Positions 43,749 to 53,032 of a stretch of DNA of 64,000 bases are shown here, piece after piece. This DNA comes from a phage: sequence record PZ452602.1. One strand, given 5' to 3'. Position 1 is the stretch's first letter; each line of letters begins with the position of its first letter. A program made the translations under genes and the position numbers. The notes below the pieces were generated by a model. It was not told the DNA's origin. It made no database searches and was given only the letters and a program-made list of their open reading frames with translations.

Positions 43749-45565
43749 TACTGGCTCATCCATTCTTTACGAAGGTCAGCATTATCTCCCATGAGCATTT
43801 CAAAAAGCTCTTTCCAGTTCTCAGGAAGTTTAACAACATCATATACTGGATTTTGAATCATCTCACGATATTCAGATTTTTCCAAAGAGCCAAGTCCCTT
43901 AATATAACGGATGCTATGTTTAGGTAGAGCATCTTTAGCACTCTCATATTCAGCGACTGTATAAAACCATTCTTGTTTTTTACCGACCTGAGCGATGATT
44001 ACAGGAGTTTTGACAAAGCGAATTCGTCCTTGCTCAAACAGTTCTGGCCAATTACTAAAAAATCCAAGAAGAGAAGGATAAATGCTTCCTAAACCATCAT
44101 GGTCAGCATCGGTCATAATAGCAATATTATGATAATTCAAGTTTTCAGCTTTTTCACCAAGAACTAATCCAGTGATTGCGCAAATATCAAATAGTTCTTT
44201 GTTTTTAAGCATATCGGCATATGACATACCCCAGCTATTAAGAACTTTACCGCGCAATGGATAACCACCATGAAGTTCTTTATCACGAACATCAATAAGA
44301 TATCCGATAGCAGAATCACCCTCAGTCAAGAAAAGAGTAGTATCAGCATCTTTACCACAAAGATTCGCTTTAATATGTTTATGAACCTTAGCTTTAGAAG
44401 CCTTTTTAGCTGCTTTAGTTTCTGCTGCTTTTTCTGCCGCTAATTTACGAGCCAAGGCAGCTTCAATAATTGGCATTAAAATTGCTTCATTGTTTAAAAT
44501 AGCGCGTGAAATCTTTTTAGCATCAAGTTGAATATGACTACGAATTTCACCAAATGGAGAAGTCAAACGCTCTTTAGTTTGAGAATCAAATCGCATGTTT
44601 TTCATATCACGAACAAACATAACGATAGTCAAACATTCTTTAACACGTGCTTTAGTTACATCAATTTTGAACTTACGTTTGATTTGTGGAATAAGGTCTT
44701 CACAAATATCATCCATAACACAGTCAATGTGATGGCCACCATTCTTAGTATGAATATTATTGACGTACGTCAACTGACGAAAACCATCCGGTGAACGACC
44801 AACCGCAATAGAACAATTTTCTTGTTCTTGAACGATAGCATGTTCATCATACTGTCGTGCGTATTTCTTAAAATTGCCCTGAACCTTTTTACCATTAAAG
44901 GTAAATTGAATATCAGGATAAACAACAGCAAGTGTCTGGAGACGATCTAATGTAATGTCAAGATAAACTTGGGACAGCTCATTAGTTTCAAATGACATAA
45001 AATCAGGAATGAAAGTAACACGAGTTCCTTTCCATTTTCCAGGAATATCTTCCCATGATTTATTTTCCATGCCATTTGAACAACGAACTACAATATTATT
45101 TTGACCATCACCAGTTTCACCAACAAACATCACAGAAAAAATGTTTGTCAAACTAGAACCAACACCGTTCATACCGCCAGTGACGCGTTCTTTATCATCA
45201 CCGAAGTTACCACCTGCTTTTGGAATAGTCCATGCGGCAACAGGACCAGGAATTTCTTCACCGGTAGGTGTTTTAACCATCGCTTGTGGAATACCGCGAC
45301 CGTTATCTTCAACTGTTACTTGATTGTTTTTAATAGTAACATTAATTTTATTTGCGAATTTAAACTTAGTACGAATACCTTCATCTACTGAGTTATCGAT
45401 AATTTCATCAATAAGCTTAACAAGACCAGGTACATACTGAACACTTTCCCATTTACCAAACAGAAAGCGCTCATGCATTTCATTAGCAGAAGAGCCAATA
45501 TACATGCCGCTACGCTTTTTGATATGTTCAATATCGCTCAGAATTTTAATTTCATTCTTAATCAT
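43748..45565 (-). CDS. 39: topoisomerase II large subunit gp39, unsplit
   Basis: About 605 aa continuous ORF with GHKL ATPase (EDNGRGIP) and TOPRIM (LTEGDSA) motifs; contains both the gp39 and gp60 portions in one frame. Confidence 0.9.
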   Translation of the reverse strand: MIKNEIKILSDIEHIKKRSGMYIGSSANEMHERFLFGKWESVQYVPGLVKLIDEIIDNSVDEGIRTKFKFANKINVTIKNNQVTVEDNGRGIPQAMVKTPTGEEIPGPVAAWTIPKAGGNFGDDKERVTGGMNGVGSSLTNIFSVMFVGETGDGQNNIVVRCSNGMENKSWEDIPGKWKGTRVTFIPDFMSFETNELSQVYLDITLDRLQTLAVVYPDIQFTFNGKKVQGNFKKYARQYDEHAIVQEQENCSIAVGRSPDGFRQLTYVNNIHTKNGGHHIDCVMDDICEDLIPQIKRKFKIDVTKARVKECLTIVMFVRDMKNMRFDSQTKERLTSPFGEIRSHIQLDAKKISRAILNNEAILMPIIEAALARKLAAEKAAETKAAKKASKAKVHKHIKANLCGKDADTTLFLTEGDSAIGYLIDVRDKELHGGYPLRGKVLNSWGMSYADMLKNKELFDICAITGLVLGEKAENLNYHNIAIMTDADHDGLGSIYPSLLGFFSNWPELFEQGRIRFVKTPVIIAQVGKKQEWFYTVAEYESAKDALPKHSIRYIKGLGSLEKSEYREMIQNPVYDVVKLPENWKELFEMLMGDNADLRKEWMSQ

Positions 45566-45634
45566 CACTTATCCTCGTTTGGTTTCGGGAATATTATACT
45601 CCGGTAATCATAAAGCTAAAGGCCCGAAGGCCTT

Positions 45635-45904
45635 TTATTTAAAACGGATAGTCGAATCTTTGAAGAATAGACCAGAACATACTGTTCCTTCTACTTTCTG
45701 CCCGGTAGGTCCAACAGCACGAAATCCAGTATGTTGGAAATCATTTTCAGAACAACCGAACCAATTATATCCAGTGATTTCAATATTAGTAAAACCACTT
45801 GAAGACAAAACTTTGGTTGCATTATCAGCATCAGTACATCCTACTAAAGACACTGCTAATACTAATGCTGCAATAGAACGATTAATATATTTCATAATTT
45901 TCAC
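45635..45904 (-). CDS. putative lipoprotein (89 aa)
   Basis: Signal peptide with lipobox LVGC. Confidence 0.55.
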   Translation of the reverse strand: MKIMKYINRSIAALVLAVSLVGCTDADNATKVLSSSGFTNIEITGYNWFGCSENDFQHTGFRAVGPTGQKVEGTVCSGLFFKDSTIRFK

Positions 45905-46272
45905 TTAAATTTAATGGCTTGAAGAAGACTAATAATTCTCAAGCGACTTCTTTCATCTTTAACTGTAAAAGAAAGAGGGTCACCAGATTTCATAGTAATA
46001 GTACATTCAAAATCAAAATCTTCGGAAACTTCTTTGAAGAAGTCAAATTCTTCATCATAAATTAGAACATTACTCTGACAACTATGAAGAATTTTTCCAT
46101 CATTTCCAGATGCTGTACTAATCATTGTAACATTATGACCTTTCATATCTTCAATGATAAATTCACTAGTCAATATTACAGCATTAATAGAACTATTCCT
46201 ATTACTAGCAGAAAGTAGATATTTCTGTTCTTCACCTTCACGAATGCAATATTTCTTACCGATTTTAAACAT
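45901..46272 (-). CDS. hypothetical protein (123 aa)
   Basis: Track ORF. Confidence 0.5.
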   Translation of the reverse strand: MFKIGKKYCIREGEEQKYLLSASNRNSSINAVILTSEFIIEDMKGHNVTMISTASGNDGKILHSCQSNVLIYDEEFDFFKEVSEDFDFECTITMKSGDPLSFTVKDERSRLRIISLLQAIKFK

Positions 46273-46274
46273 AA

Positions 46275-46451
46275 TTACCCTTTAAGTAAGTCGTAAAAAC
46301 CACCATTCACATGCTTAGGAGCAGAAGGCCGACGAGTAGACAAACGATGACATTTAGGGCAAACATCATTTTCTCGTTCAGAAATCTTTTTAATTTTTTC
46401 ATATTCATGCCCGCAATCTTCGGATTGGCATTTATAATCATACATTGGCAT
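46275..46451 (-). CDS. zinc-ribbon micro-protein (58 aa)
   Basis: Hand-translated MPMYDYKCQSEDCGHEYEKIKKISERENDVCPKCHRLSTRRPSAPKHVNGGFYDLLKG; two CxxC pairs; stop overlaps next ORF start. Confidence 0.45.
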   Translation of the reverse strand: MPMYDYKCQSEDCGHEYEKIKKISERENDVCPKCHRLSTRRPSAPKHVNGGFYDLLKG

Positions 46452-46453
46452 AA

Positions 46454-46879
46454 TTATTCCTTAAAGTGTGCTTTCAGCATTTGATACAAGGACCATGCCT
46501 GTTCATTATTTTCAATAGTAACTTTCATGACAGGAAATTCTGTGAAATCTTCTATTTGTTCTTGCTCTTTCTCTTCCTGCTCTTGCTCTTCAGCTGCCTG
46601 ATATGGATTTTCCACTTCATCAAAGAACTCGGCTTCGTTAGTAGAGAGCCAGATAAAGTTTTCGTCAAGGATATCACCATGTGTTGCATATCCAATTGTG
46701 CCAGTAAATGACATAATTTTAGTAGGACGACCAAGATGGTCAACATCTAAAATTTTAAAAGGATGCATACCTAAACGTCGTGCATAAATTCCGTTATCAG
46801 TATGGTCTTTAATAAAAGCTTCTTGAGCTTGTTTATTTTTAAATTGATACCATTTATTAACTTCAAATTTAATAGCCAT
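46454..46879 (-). CDS. hypothetical acidic protein (141 aa), goF-like by size and position
   Basis: Track ORF. Confidence 0.5.
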   Translation of the reverse strand: MAIKFEVNKWYQFKNKQAQEAFIKDHTDNGIYARRLGMHPFKILDVDHLGRPTKIMSFTGTIGYATHGDILDENFIWLSTNEAEFFDEVENPYQAAEEQEQEEKEQEQIEDFTEFPVMKVTIENNEQAWSLYQMLKAHFKE

Positions 46880-47094
46880 TAATAAATTTCCTTCCAGTAA
46901 GTTGTGCCATCTTCAGTAATTTCACGAAATACACCGTAAATTGGTTGTTTATCACCAACCTTTTCATACACATAAACCGAAGTCAAGTGAGTAAACTTAA
47001 CGGTATGTTCCTTTTGAACCACTACCAAATCTGGATCAAATAATACATCTTCAAATTCGTCATTAGTGCAATTCTGAACAATTTTACGTTTCAT
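46879..47094 (-). CDS. hypothetical protein (71 aa), cef-like by size and position
   Basis: Track ORF. Confidence 0.5.
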   Translation of the reverse strand: MKRKIVQNCTNDEFEDVLFDPDLVVVQKEHTVKFTHLTSVYVYEKVGDKQPIYGVFREITEDGTTYWKEIY

Positions 47095-47107
47095 TACAAT
47101 TTCCTCA

Positions 47108-47389
47108 TTAATTAAACATTGGAGCGATACGTTTCAGAAGAGTAGCAGCACCTTTAGCGAATTTTACATCATGAAAAACAGTTTCTTCTTCTGTAACAAC
47201 TCGAACTTTAATATTTTCACAATCCCAATTTTTACGAACAATCTTCAAAAGCTGCAGTAAATCTTTACATTCAGCAATATCGATAACACATCCACGAGAA
47301 TCTTCCATTATCGCACGATAACCGTAAGCCATACCATAATCGTTAAAAGATTGCTCGATGATAATTAAGTTTTCCATTTTATTCTCCAA
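47108..47389 (-). CDS. hypothetical protein (93 aa)
   Basis: Track ORF. Confidence 0.5.
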   Translation of the reverse strand: MENKMENLIIIEQSFNDYGMAYGYRAIMEDSRGCVIDIAECKDLLQLLKIVRKNWDCENIKVRVVTEEETVFHDVKFAKGAATLLKRIAPMFN

Positions 47390-47473
47390 GTTGTTTTCTG
47401 TATCAGTAGTTGATATTGATATAGTACCATAATCAACTACTGATGTATATAGTTTTATGAAAAAATTTAAACT

Positions 47474-47965
47474 TTATGCATAGCGAGCTTTGCTGTAGTG
47501 TTTAATCCAACTTTCAGGAATGACTTTGTATGTTCCTAAAAATACCGTGTTGTACAGCTTAACACCGTCTTCTACCCACTGATCGGTAATGTATGCGCAC
47601 ATAGCACGAGTACGGTTAACAACCCCTTCCTCACCTTCAGTAAATTCAAACTCATAAGGAGCAACGAACTTGATAGCTTGACCGAGTTTCCACTTAAAAT
47701 CTACACCTACATGCGAAGTATCAATCGTTTCAATTCCTTTAGCGGGAACAGCTTTCAAAAACGCAGGCTCAAGAAATTTCCATCGAACATAACCAAACTG
47801 AGGTTTAGACATTCCATCTTTAGGAATGATACGCACTTTTACTTCAGAATCTTCATCTTTAACACCATGTTTAAGCTGAATGCTTACAACTTCAACCAAT
47901 TTTCCTGCTGCCTTAGAACGGGATTTATCAGATACACGAGCAATTTCACCGATATTAATATTCAT
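47474..47965 (-). CDS. hypothetical protein (163 aa), paralogue of 48039-48539
   Basis: Shares C-terminal motif DQWVEDGVKLYN with neighbour. Confidence 0.55.
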   Translation of the reverse strand: MNINIGEIARVSDKSRSKAAGKLVEVVSIQLKHGVKDEDSEVKVRIIPKDGMSKPQFGYVRWKFLEPAFLKAVPAKGIETIDTSHVGVDFKWKLGQAIKFVAPYEFEFTEGEEGVVNRTRAMCAYITDQWVEDGVKLYNTVFLGTYKVIPESWIKHYSKARYA

Positions 47966-48009
47966 AATTATCTCTCACTTGTTAAAAAGATTTTATACTC
48001 CGCAGGACC

Positions 48010-48039
48010 ATTATACTCTGGTCCCAAGAGTTTGTAAAC
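48010..48039 (-). promoter_or_regulatory. T4-type early promoter
   Basis: GTTTAC (48034-48039), 17 nt, GTATAAT. Confidence 0.55.
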
Positions 48040-48539
48040 TAGCTTACACGAACATTAATCACTGCGCTGCGAGGAACTACGGAGTACTCTCCAGCATGAA
48101 CTACATTAAGAAGTTCAACGCCATCTTCAATCCACTGGTCAGTTACCCAACCGCCAATCGGATTCGCGAATGGACGACGAATATAAACTGCCTTACACAA
48201 CAAATCAGTCGGGTCTTCAATTTTTTCAACTGGCGTTACATACATAGAAACTAAATCCATATCAATATGGGATTTTTCTTGTTCTTCTTTTTCAATTTCT
48301 GTCAATAAATTGAAATCTTCTTCATAGATGATGAATGATGATACCCTTCCATAATAGTTTCTAATTTCCATGTACACTGTACCAATGAGAATTCCGCTAT
48401 TAACACTAATAACAGTAAAAGGATATCCGCCAGTTGTACCAAGAAGTTCCCAAAACTTGCTATCAGTCGTATTCGACATTGTCTGGAAATCAATGTCAGA
48501 TGGTTTTTTCATTTGATACGTAGTATTAATTTTAATCAT
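48039..48539 (-). CDS. hypothetical protein (166 aa), paralogue of 47474-47965
   Basis: Shares motif DQWIEDGVELLN with neighbour. Confidence 0.55.
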   Translation of the reverse strand: MIKINTTYQMKKPSDIDFQTMSNTTDSKFWELLGTTGGYPFTVISVNSGILIGTVYMEIRNYYGRVSSFIIYEEDFNLLTEIEKEEQEKSHIDMDLVSMYVTPVEKIEDPTDLLCKAVYIRRPFANPIGGWVTDQWIEDGVELLNVVHAGEYSVVPRSAVINVRVS

Positions 48540-48549
48540 AATTTTCTCT

Positions 48550-49092
48550 TTAGTCTAAGGTAATAAAGCCTTTTAGTTCGGCATGAGATTTGCGGAACAT
48601 TACTTGATGCCCGCCAACGATAACTTGGTCATCTGGTACTTCGTATACAGCAAGATAAAATCCTTTCGAAGCTAATTCTTCACGCTCTTCTCGTGTGAAC
48701 CATCTCATCATATCATATTCGCTAGCGAAAGCAAAATGATAAAGAGCTATAAACCATCCGGGAATATAATGATCTACGCCTACATATTCTTCTTTCTCAA
48801 AGTTAGTATTAATTGCTATATTAGCATTTTTAACTAATAATTTGTCTTCGTGCGGAAGAGGAATTCTTTTATTATCATTACTATGATGCATAAAATTAGG
48901 TCTGTCATAACCTACGTGTAATAACCACTCTTCGCTCCATGAATCTATTATACTCCTGTATGGCGTTATTTGAACACAAAGATCTCGACGTATTGTTATA
49001 GCATCTTCATAATTAAGAATACTAAACGATGATTCAACTCGATAAATTTTCATTTTATTATCCTCAGTAGCTATGGTGTTATAATACCACAA
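48550..49092 (-). CDS. hypothetical protein (180 aa)
   Basis: Track ORF. Confidence 0.5.
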   Translation of the reverse strand: MWYYNTIATEDNKMKIYRVESSFSILNYEDAITIRRDLCVQITPYRSIIDSWSEEWLLHVGYDRPNFMHHSNDNKRIPLPHEDKLLVKNANIAINTNFEKEEYVGVDHYIPGWFIALYHFAFASEYDMMRWFTREEREELASKGFYLAVYEVPDDQVIVGGHQVMFRKSHAELKGFITLD

Positions 49093-49110
49093 CTAACCGA
49101 GGAAGTAAAC
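49081..49110 (-). promoter_or_regulatory. T4-type early promoter
   Basis: GTTTAC (49105-49110), 17 nt, GTATTAT. Confidence 0.5.
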
Positions 49111-49116
49111 AACTTT

Positions 49117-49800
49117 TTATCGTTTAGTTGGAAGAGATAGAGGATCGCATTCTTCCTCTGATGGAGCGTCTTCAAGACCCATAGCATAGCGCAAAGCATA
49201 CTTCATCATCAGGATGTCTTTCGCACAGTCATGAATAGAATCATGTGCAACGAATCCATCTAAAGTTCCCTTTGGAAGAGGACATGTGGTCATATCACGA
49301 ACAAGTAGAAGTGCTTCAATTCTGGTACGAATATCACGCTGATTCCAGAATTTACACGGTTCTAACTTAAATGTATCAAGCTCATTCTCGGAAACGCCAT
49401 TAAGACGTTGAATATCGCGAATGAGATCGACTAAAATTGGAAAATCAAACGACATTCCACGGCACCAGCCTTGAGATTTCCAAGGATCGATATTATGTGC
49501 ATTGATGTAATCGTTGAATTTTGCAATACCATCAATGGTGCTTACATCTTCATCGGATGGTGCAATATTTTTTCGAGCTTCAGGAGACTGATTTTTCCAC
49601 CATTCGATAGTGCTTTTAGTAAAAAGACGATGTCCTTTTTGGCTTTTTAAATCAAATTTGATTTTAATGCCACGTGAAACTAATTCATCAAATGTTTCAA
49701 CAACTTCTGGGTTAGGGTCAAAGGCAATAACAGCCAAATCAATAACAGCTGCTTTTTCACCGCTTCCCATTGTTTCAAAATCTATAATAAAATCAAACAT
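49117..49800 (-). CDS. dexA: exonuclease A (DEDD 3'-5' exonuclease)
   Basis: 227 aa; N-terminal DFETMG exonuclease motif; matches recalled T4 DexA. Confidence 0.82.
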   Translation of the reverse strand: MFDFIIDFETMGSGEKAAVIDLAVIAFDPNPEVVETFDELVSRGIKIKFDLKSQKGHRLFTKSTIEWWKNQSPEARKNIAPSDEDVSTIDGIAKFNDYINAHNIDPWKSQGWCRGMSFDFPILVDLIRDIQRLNGVSENELDTFKLEPCKFWNQRDIRTRIEALLLVRDMTTCPLPKGTLDGFVAHDSIHDCAKDILMMKYALRYAMGLEDAPSEEECDPLSLPTKR

Positions 49801-50057
49801 TAAATTTTCCTCGCTAAATCACGAATTTGACCTACAGTATAGTCTTGAATATAAACTTTATTAATAGGCTCATCAATAAATTTTGCCATAGATTCAATAT
49901 CTTTTTGTATCTCTTCAAGACTGTATACTATCTTTGAAGCTTTTTCGCGAATAGTAACATTATCAGGTCCTGGATTTTCTTGAATGACAGCTTTAACATT
50001 TGTCATAAGAGATTTAAACTGGTACCAACTCAACTCAATCATTAATAATCGCCTCAT
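49800..50057 (-). CDS. hypothetical protein (85 aa), paralogue of next ORF
   Basis: LEEIQKDI and DYTVGQI shared with 50035-50295 product. Confidence 0.5.
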   Translation of the reverse strand: MRRLLMIELSWYQFKSLMTNVKAVIQENPGPDNVTIREKASKIVYSLEEIQKDIESMAKFIDEPINKVYIQDYTVGQIRDLARKI

Positions 50058-50295
50058 AAAGATAGCTAATTTCGCCTAAAACGTAATCATTGATTGTAAC
50101 AGTTTTCACTTCACCACAAAAGAATTCTAACGCAATTAAATCTCGTTCAATTTCTTCTAATTGAAGCATCAACTTACTAGATTCAATTTTTACAGTTTCA
50201 CGATTTTTACCATGAGCAATTTCATAAATTTCGCTAACTTTATCCTGAAGAAGATAAAACTGATCTTTAGTTATTTCCACGAATAGCTTCCTCAA
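50035..50295 (-). CDS. hypothetical protein (86 aa), paralogue of previous ORF
   Basis: LEEIERDL and DYVLGEI. Confidence 0.5.
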   Translation of the reverse strand: MRKLFVEITKDQFYLLQDKVSEIYEIAHGKNRETVKIESSKLMLQLEEIERDLIALEFFCGEVKTVTINDYVLGEISYLYEAIIND

Positions 50296-50527
50296 ATTTA
50301 ATTAGTAATTTACAGACACTTTCATCTAGTGTAATTACCGTATCTGTATTACTGTGATATGATTGTTTTTCAATTCGTTTAATTGCTAATATAGTATCAC
50401 TTATAAGATAAAGCTTATGAAGGAGCTCAGCTCCTGTTACCATAACATTAAGATTATCTTGCTTATTAGTATGCTTCCTTATACCATCTATTAGACGATT
50501 TAAATATTTTGAATTGATGTTAATCAT
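50267..50527 (-). CDS. hypothetical protein (86 aa)
   Basis: Track ORF. Confidence 0.45.
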   Translation of the reverse strand: MININSKYLNRLIDGIRKHTNKQDNLNVMVTGAELLHKLYLISDTILAIKRIEKQSYHSNTDTVITLDESVCKLLIKFEEAIRGNN

Positions 50528-50533
50528 ATAGCC

Positions 50534-51853
50534 TCACACATAAAACACATCATAACGACCACGGGTAACACCAACATAAAGAAGTTGTTGGGCCAATTCA
50601 GCATCTGCATAATGAATACAAGGCGTATAAATGAAAGCACGGTCTACAGACATACCCTGAGCTTTATGGAATGTTGATGCAGGAAGTGCTTTCACTTTAC
50701 TAAACTGTGATTTAGCATCCCAAAAATCACTCCACGGAGCTTTTCCGCCTTTGTTCCAATTTTTATAAGTTTCTGCCGTTTTACCTAAAAATAGGTTAAA
50801 CTTATATAGCTCTTCATCAGATGAAATTATTTTAATCTTTTCACGATAATATTCATCATCGCCGTAAGTTTCTACTGTTAAATCCCAATGACGAATTAAG
50901 TATTCTCCAGGAACACCACGAGCTTTAACAAACGTCGATGTATACTCTGCTTCTATAATACGAACTAATTGTCCGTTATTAAAAATAATTTCTGACACAG
51001 GCTTTCCATCAATTTTATATGTTTTAATTAATGGTTCCTGCATTACAATAATTTCACCTACAATAAAATCTTTATCAGTTTCAAAAATCTTTTTACGAAT
51101 AATGCTATTTAACTTGTCAACAGATTTATTCGTAAATGCCATTACGCGATTTTCAAACAAATCATCTAATGATTTTACGATTGAAAAATAATTTACCATA
51201 AAATCGCGTAAAGCGGTATCACCAGTAAATCCACGTACTCCATGCCCGTCAACAACTTTATCATAAATCCACTTACCGTTGCGAACATCAGTAGCTACAT
51301 CAATAATAGGAGCATTACTACGTTTAACTTCAGTAAGTTCACACTGATAAAAATCTTTGTGTGTAAAGAATGGACTGATATAAGCAGTATTTTCTCCTGG
51401 ATCAACAGGTCTAATTTGCTTATTATCACCTATTCCAATTATAGTACACCACGGCGGGATAGTTGAAAGCAGAATTTTAAATAGCTTTCTATCATACATT
51501 GACACTTCGTCGCAGATTAATACCCTGCATTTGGCTAAATCTGGTACTTCTTTTTGTTCAAAAAGAACGTTTTCTTCATATGTTACCGGGTTAATTTTAA
51601 GAATGCTGTGAATAGTACTCGCTTCTTTCCCTGATAGTTTTGAAAGAATCTTTTTAGCTGCATGAGTAGGAGCTGCTAAAATAATACCAGTTTCACCCGT
51701 AGATATTAAAGCTTCAATGATGAATTTAGTAAGAGTAGTCTTACCGGTACCAGCAGGTCCATTAATAGTTACATGATGTTTCTTTTCTTTAATAGCCTTC
51801 ATAACAATGTTAAAGGCATTTTTCTGGCCTTCGGTCAAATCATCAAATGTCAT
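50534..51853 (-). CDS. dda: Dda SF1 DNA helicase
   Basis: 439 aa; Walker A GPAGTGKTT; matches recalled T4 Dda. Confidence 0.9.
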   Translation of the reverse strand: MTFDDLTEGQKNAFNIVMKAIKEKKHHVTINGPAGTGKTTLTKFIIEALISTGETGIILAAPTHAAKKILSKLSGKEASTIHSILKINPVTYEENVLFEQKEVPDLAKCRVLICDEVSMYDRKLFKILLSTIPPWCTIIGIGDNKQIRPVDPGENTAYISPFFTHKDFYQCELTEVKRSNAPIIDVATDVRNGKWIYDKVVDGHGVRGFTGDTALRDFMVNYFSIVKSLDDLFENRVMAFTNKSVDKLNSIIRKKIFETDKDFIVGEIIVMQEPLIKTYKIDGKPVSEIIFNNGQLVRIIEAEYTSTFVKARGVPGEYLIRHWDLTVETYGDDEYYREKIKIISSDEELYKFNLFLGKTAETYKNWNKGGKAPWSDFWDAKSQFSKVKALPASTFHKAQGMSVDRAFIYTPCIHYADAELAQQLLYVGVTRGRYDVFYV

Positions 51854-52161
51854 CGGAAAGTCCCTGCAATTGGAATACTAACAATACGCCCAGTATCTAA
51901 AATTCGCTGATATAATCTTTGTGTGTCTACGTCAGGCTTAACATGTTTAACTTCTATTTTATTAAACCAAAACTTGCGTGGAGTCTCAACTAATCTTGGA
52001 ATTCCCTTACCTAAAGCTAATCGATACTGCTCTTTAAGAGTAGTAAATACTTTATCAGCAATATTCCATTCAAAAAATACAGCAGGACGATGTTCATCAA
52101 GCGGAACTGGCGCCGTAAATCCGTCTTTGTCTCGGTAAACTATCGCATATACATAAACCAT
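51850..52161 (-). CDS. hypothetical protein (103 aa)
   Basis: Track ORF, ATGA overlap with dda. Confidence 0.5.
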   Translation of the reverse strand: MVYVYAIVYRDKDGFTAPVPLDEHRPAVFFEWNIADKVFTTLKEQYRLALGKGIPRLVETPRKFWFNKIEVKHVKPDVDTQRLYQRILDTGRIVSIPIAGTFR

Positions 52162-52162
52162 A

Positions 52163-52909
52163 TTATCCTCGGATAAGTTTAAAAATTGAACAATTCAGCG
52201 GATATCCTCTTTTCAGTTTAAGTTTATCAATAAAAGACAAGTTTTGATACCGCTCTACACCTTGAATAATTTTATCACACATATCATATTGCATTTCTGC
52301 TTCTGACAACTTTTTCACAGTTTTCCAATCCGAGCCTTTAAGAAGAACGTTCAATTTAACAACTTCAGCGCCTTCTGCTATACGAGAACCATCAATACGA
52401 GCTTTAAGTGCTATAATTCTTAGCTTAATGTCAGAGGTCTGTTTTGATTTAGAAAGCTGAGAAATGTGTTCAATTCGGTTTTCACGTTTTTTCTGTATAG
52501 CTTTAATTTGATTATAAGTCTTTTTGATTTTAGCCCATTTCTTTTCATCTAAATTTAGTTTATGAACTTTTTTCGCAGATGAACGACCAATTCGCAAAGC
52601 AAACAAATCACGTTTTTCAATTAACTCCTCTAAAGTATAATCAGAACGAAATGTATTATACTTTTTCTTTACTGCAATAACATTCCCTTTAATGTATCCA
52701 ACGTTATTATCAAAACGTTCTAATGATAGTTTCTCTCCTTCAATACGATTATCAAAAGGTTCTCCCGAGTAAGCGCAAACTTTCTGATCTAAAATGTTCT
52801 TAATGTAATTGAAGTCTAAGTTAAAATCTTTAGAACGTCTTTTTGCAGATGCCTGAGTATGCTCTAAACGACGTTTAATTTTACGAATTTGATTATTAGA
52901 CAGTTTCAT
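52163..52909 (-). CDS. hypothetical basic protein (248 aa), srd-like by position
   Basis: Track ORF between dda and modA. Confidence 0.5.
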   Translation of the reverse strand: MKLSNNQIRKIKRRLEHTQASAKRRSKDFNLDFNYIKNILDQKVCAYSGEPFDNRIEGEKLSLERFDNNVGYIKGNVIAVKKKYNTFRSDYTLEELIEKRDLFALRIGRSSAKKVHKLNLDEKKWAKIKKTYNQIKAIQKKRENRIEHISQLSKSKQTSDIKLRIIALKARIDGSRIAEGAEVVKLNVLLKGSDWKTVKKLSEAEMQYDMCDKIIQGVERYQNLSFIDKLKLKRGYPLNCSIFKLIRG

Positions 52910-52946
52910 ATTTTTCTCACATCTTACGGACGGTTAACTACTTATA

Positions 52947-52975
52947 CTATAACATTTTTACTTTAACTTGTAAAC
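52947..52975 (-). promoter_or_regulatory. T4-type early promoter
   Basis: GTTTAC (52970-52975), 17 nt, TATAGT. Confidence 0.45.
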
Positions 52976-53032
52976 AACTTTATGTAAAAATGCTTTAAAA
53001 ATTTCATGGTATAATGAATCTAAGTCCTTCCA

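Noticed and set aside
43748-45565. Gene 60 translational bypass (50-nt hop)
   Set aside because: The topoisomerase subunit is one continuous ORF; no take-off/landing arrangement or separate gene 60 exists.
45618-45636. Hairpin AGGCC-CGAA-GGCCT read as a plus-strand terminator
   Set aside because: The T-tract follows on the plus strand, but flanking genes are all minus-strand; more likely an intercistronic hairpin in the minus-strand transcript.
47401-47465. Possible additional early promoter upstream of the 47108-47389 ORF
   Set aside because: The -10 and leader resemble the other cassettes but there is no GTTTAC at the expected spacing, so it was not listed as a feature.
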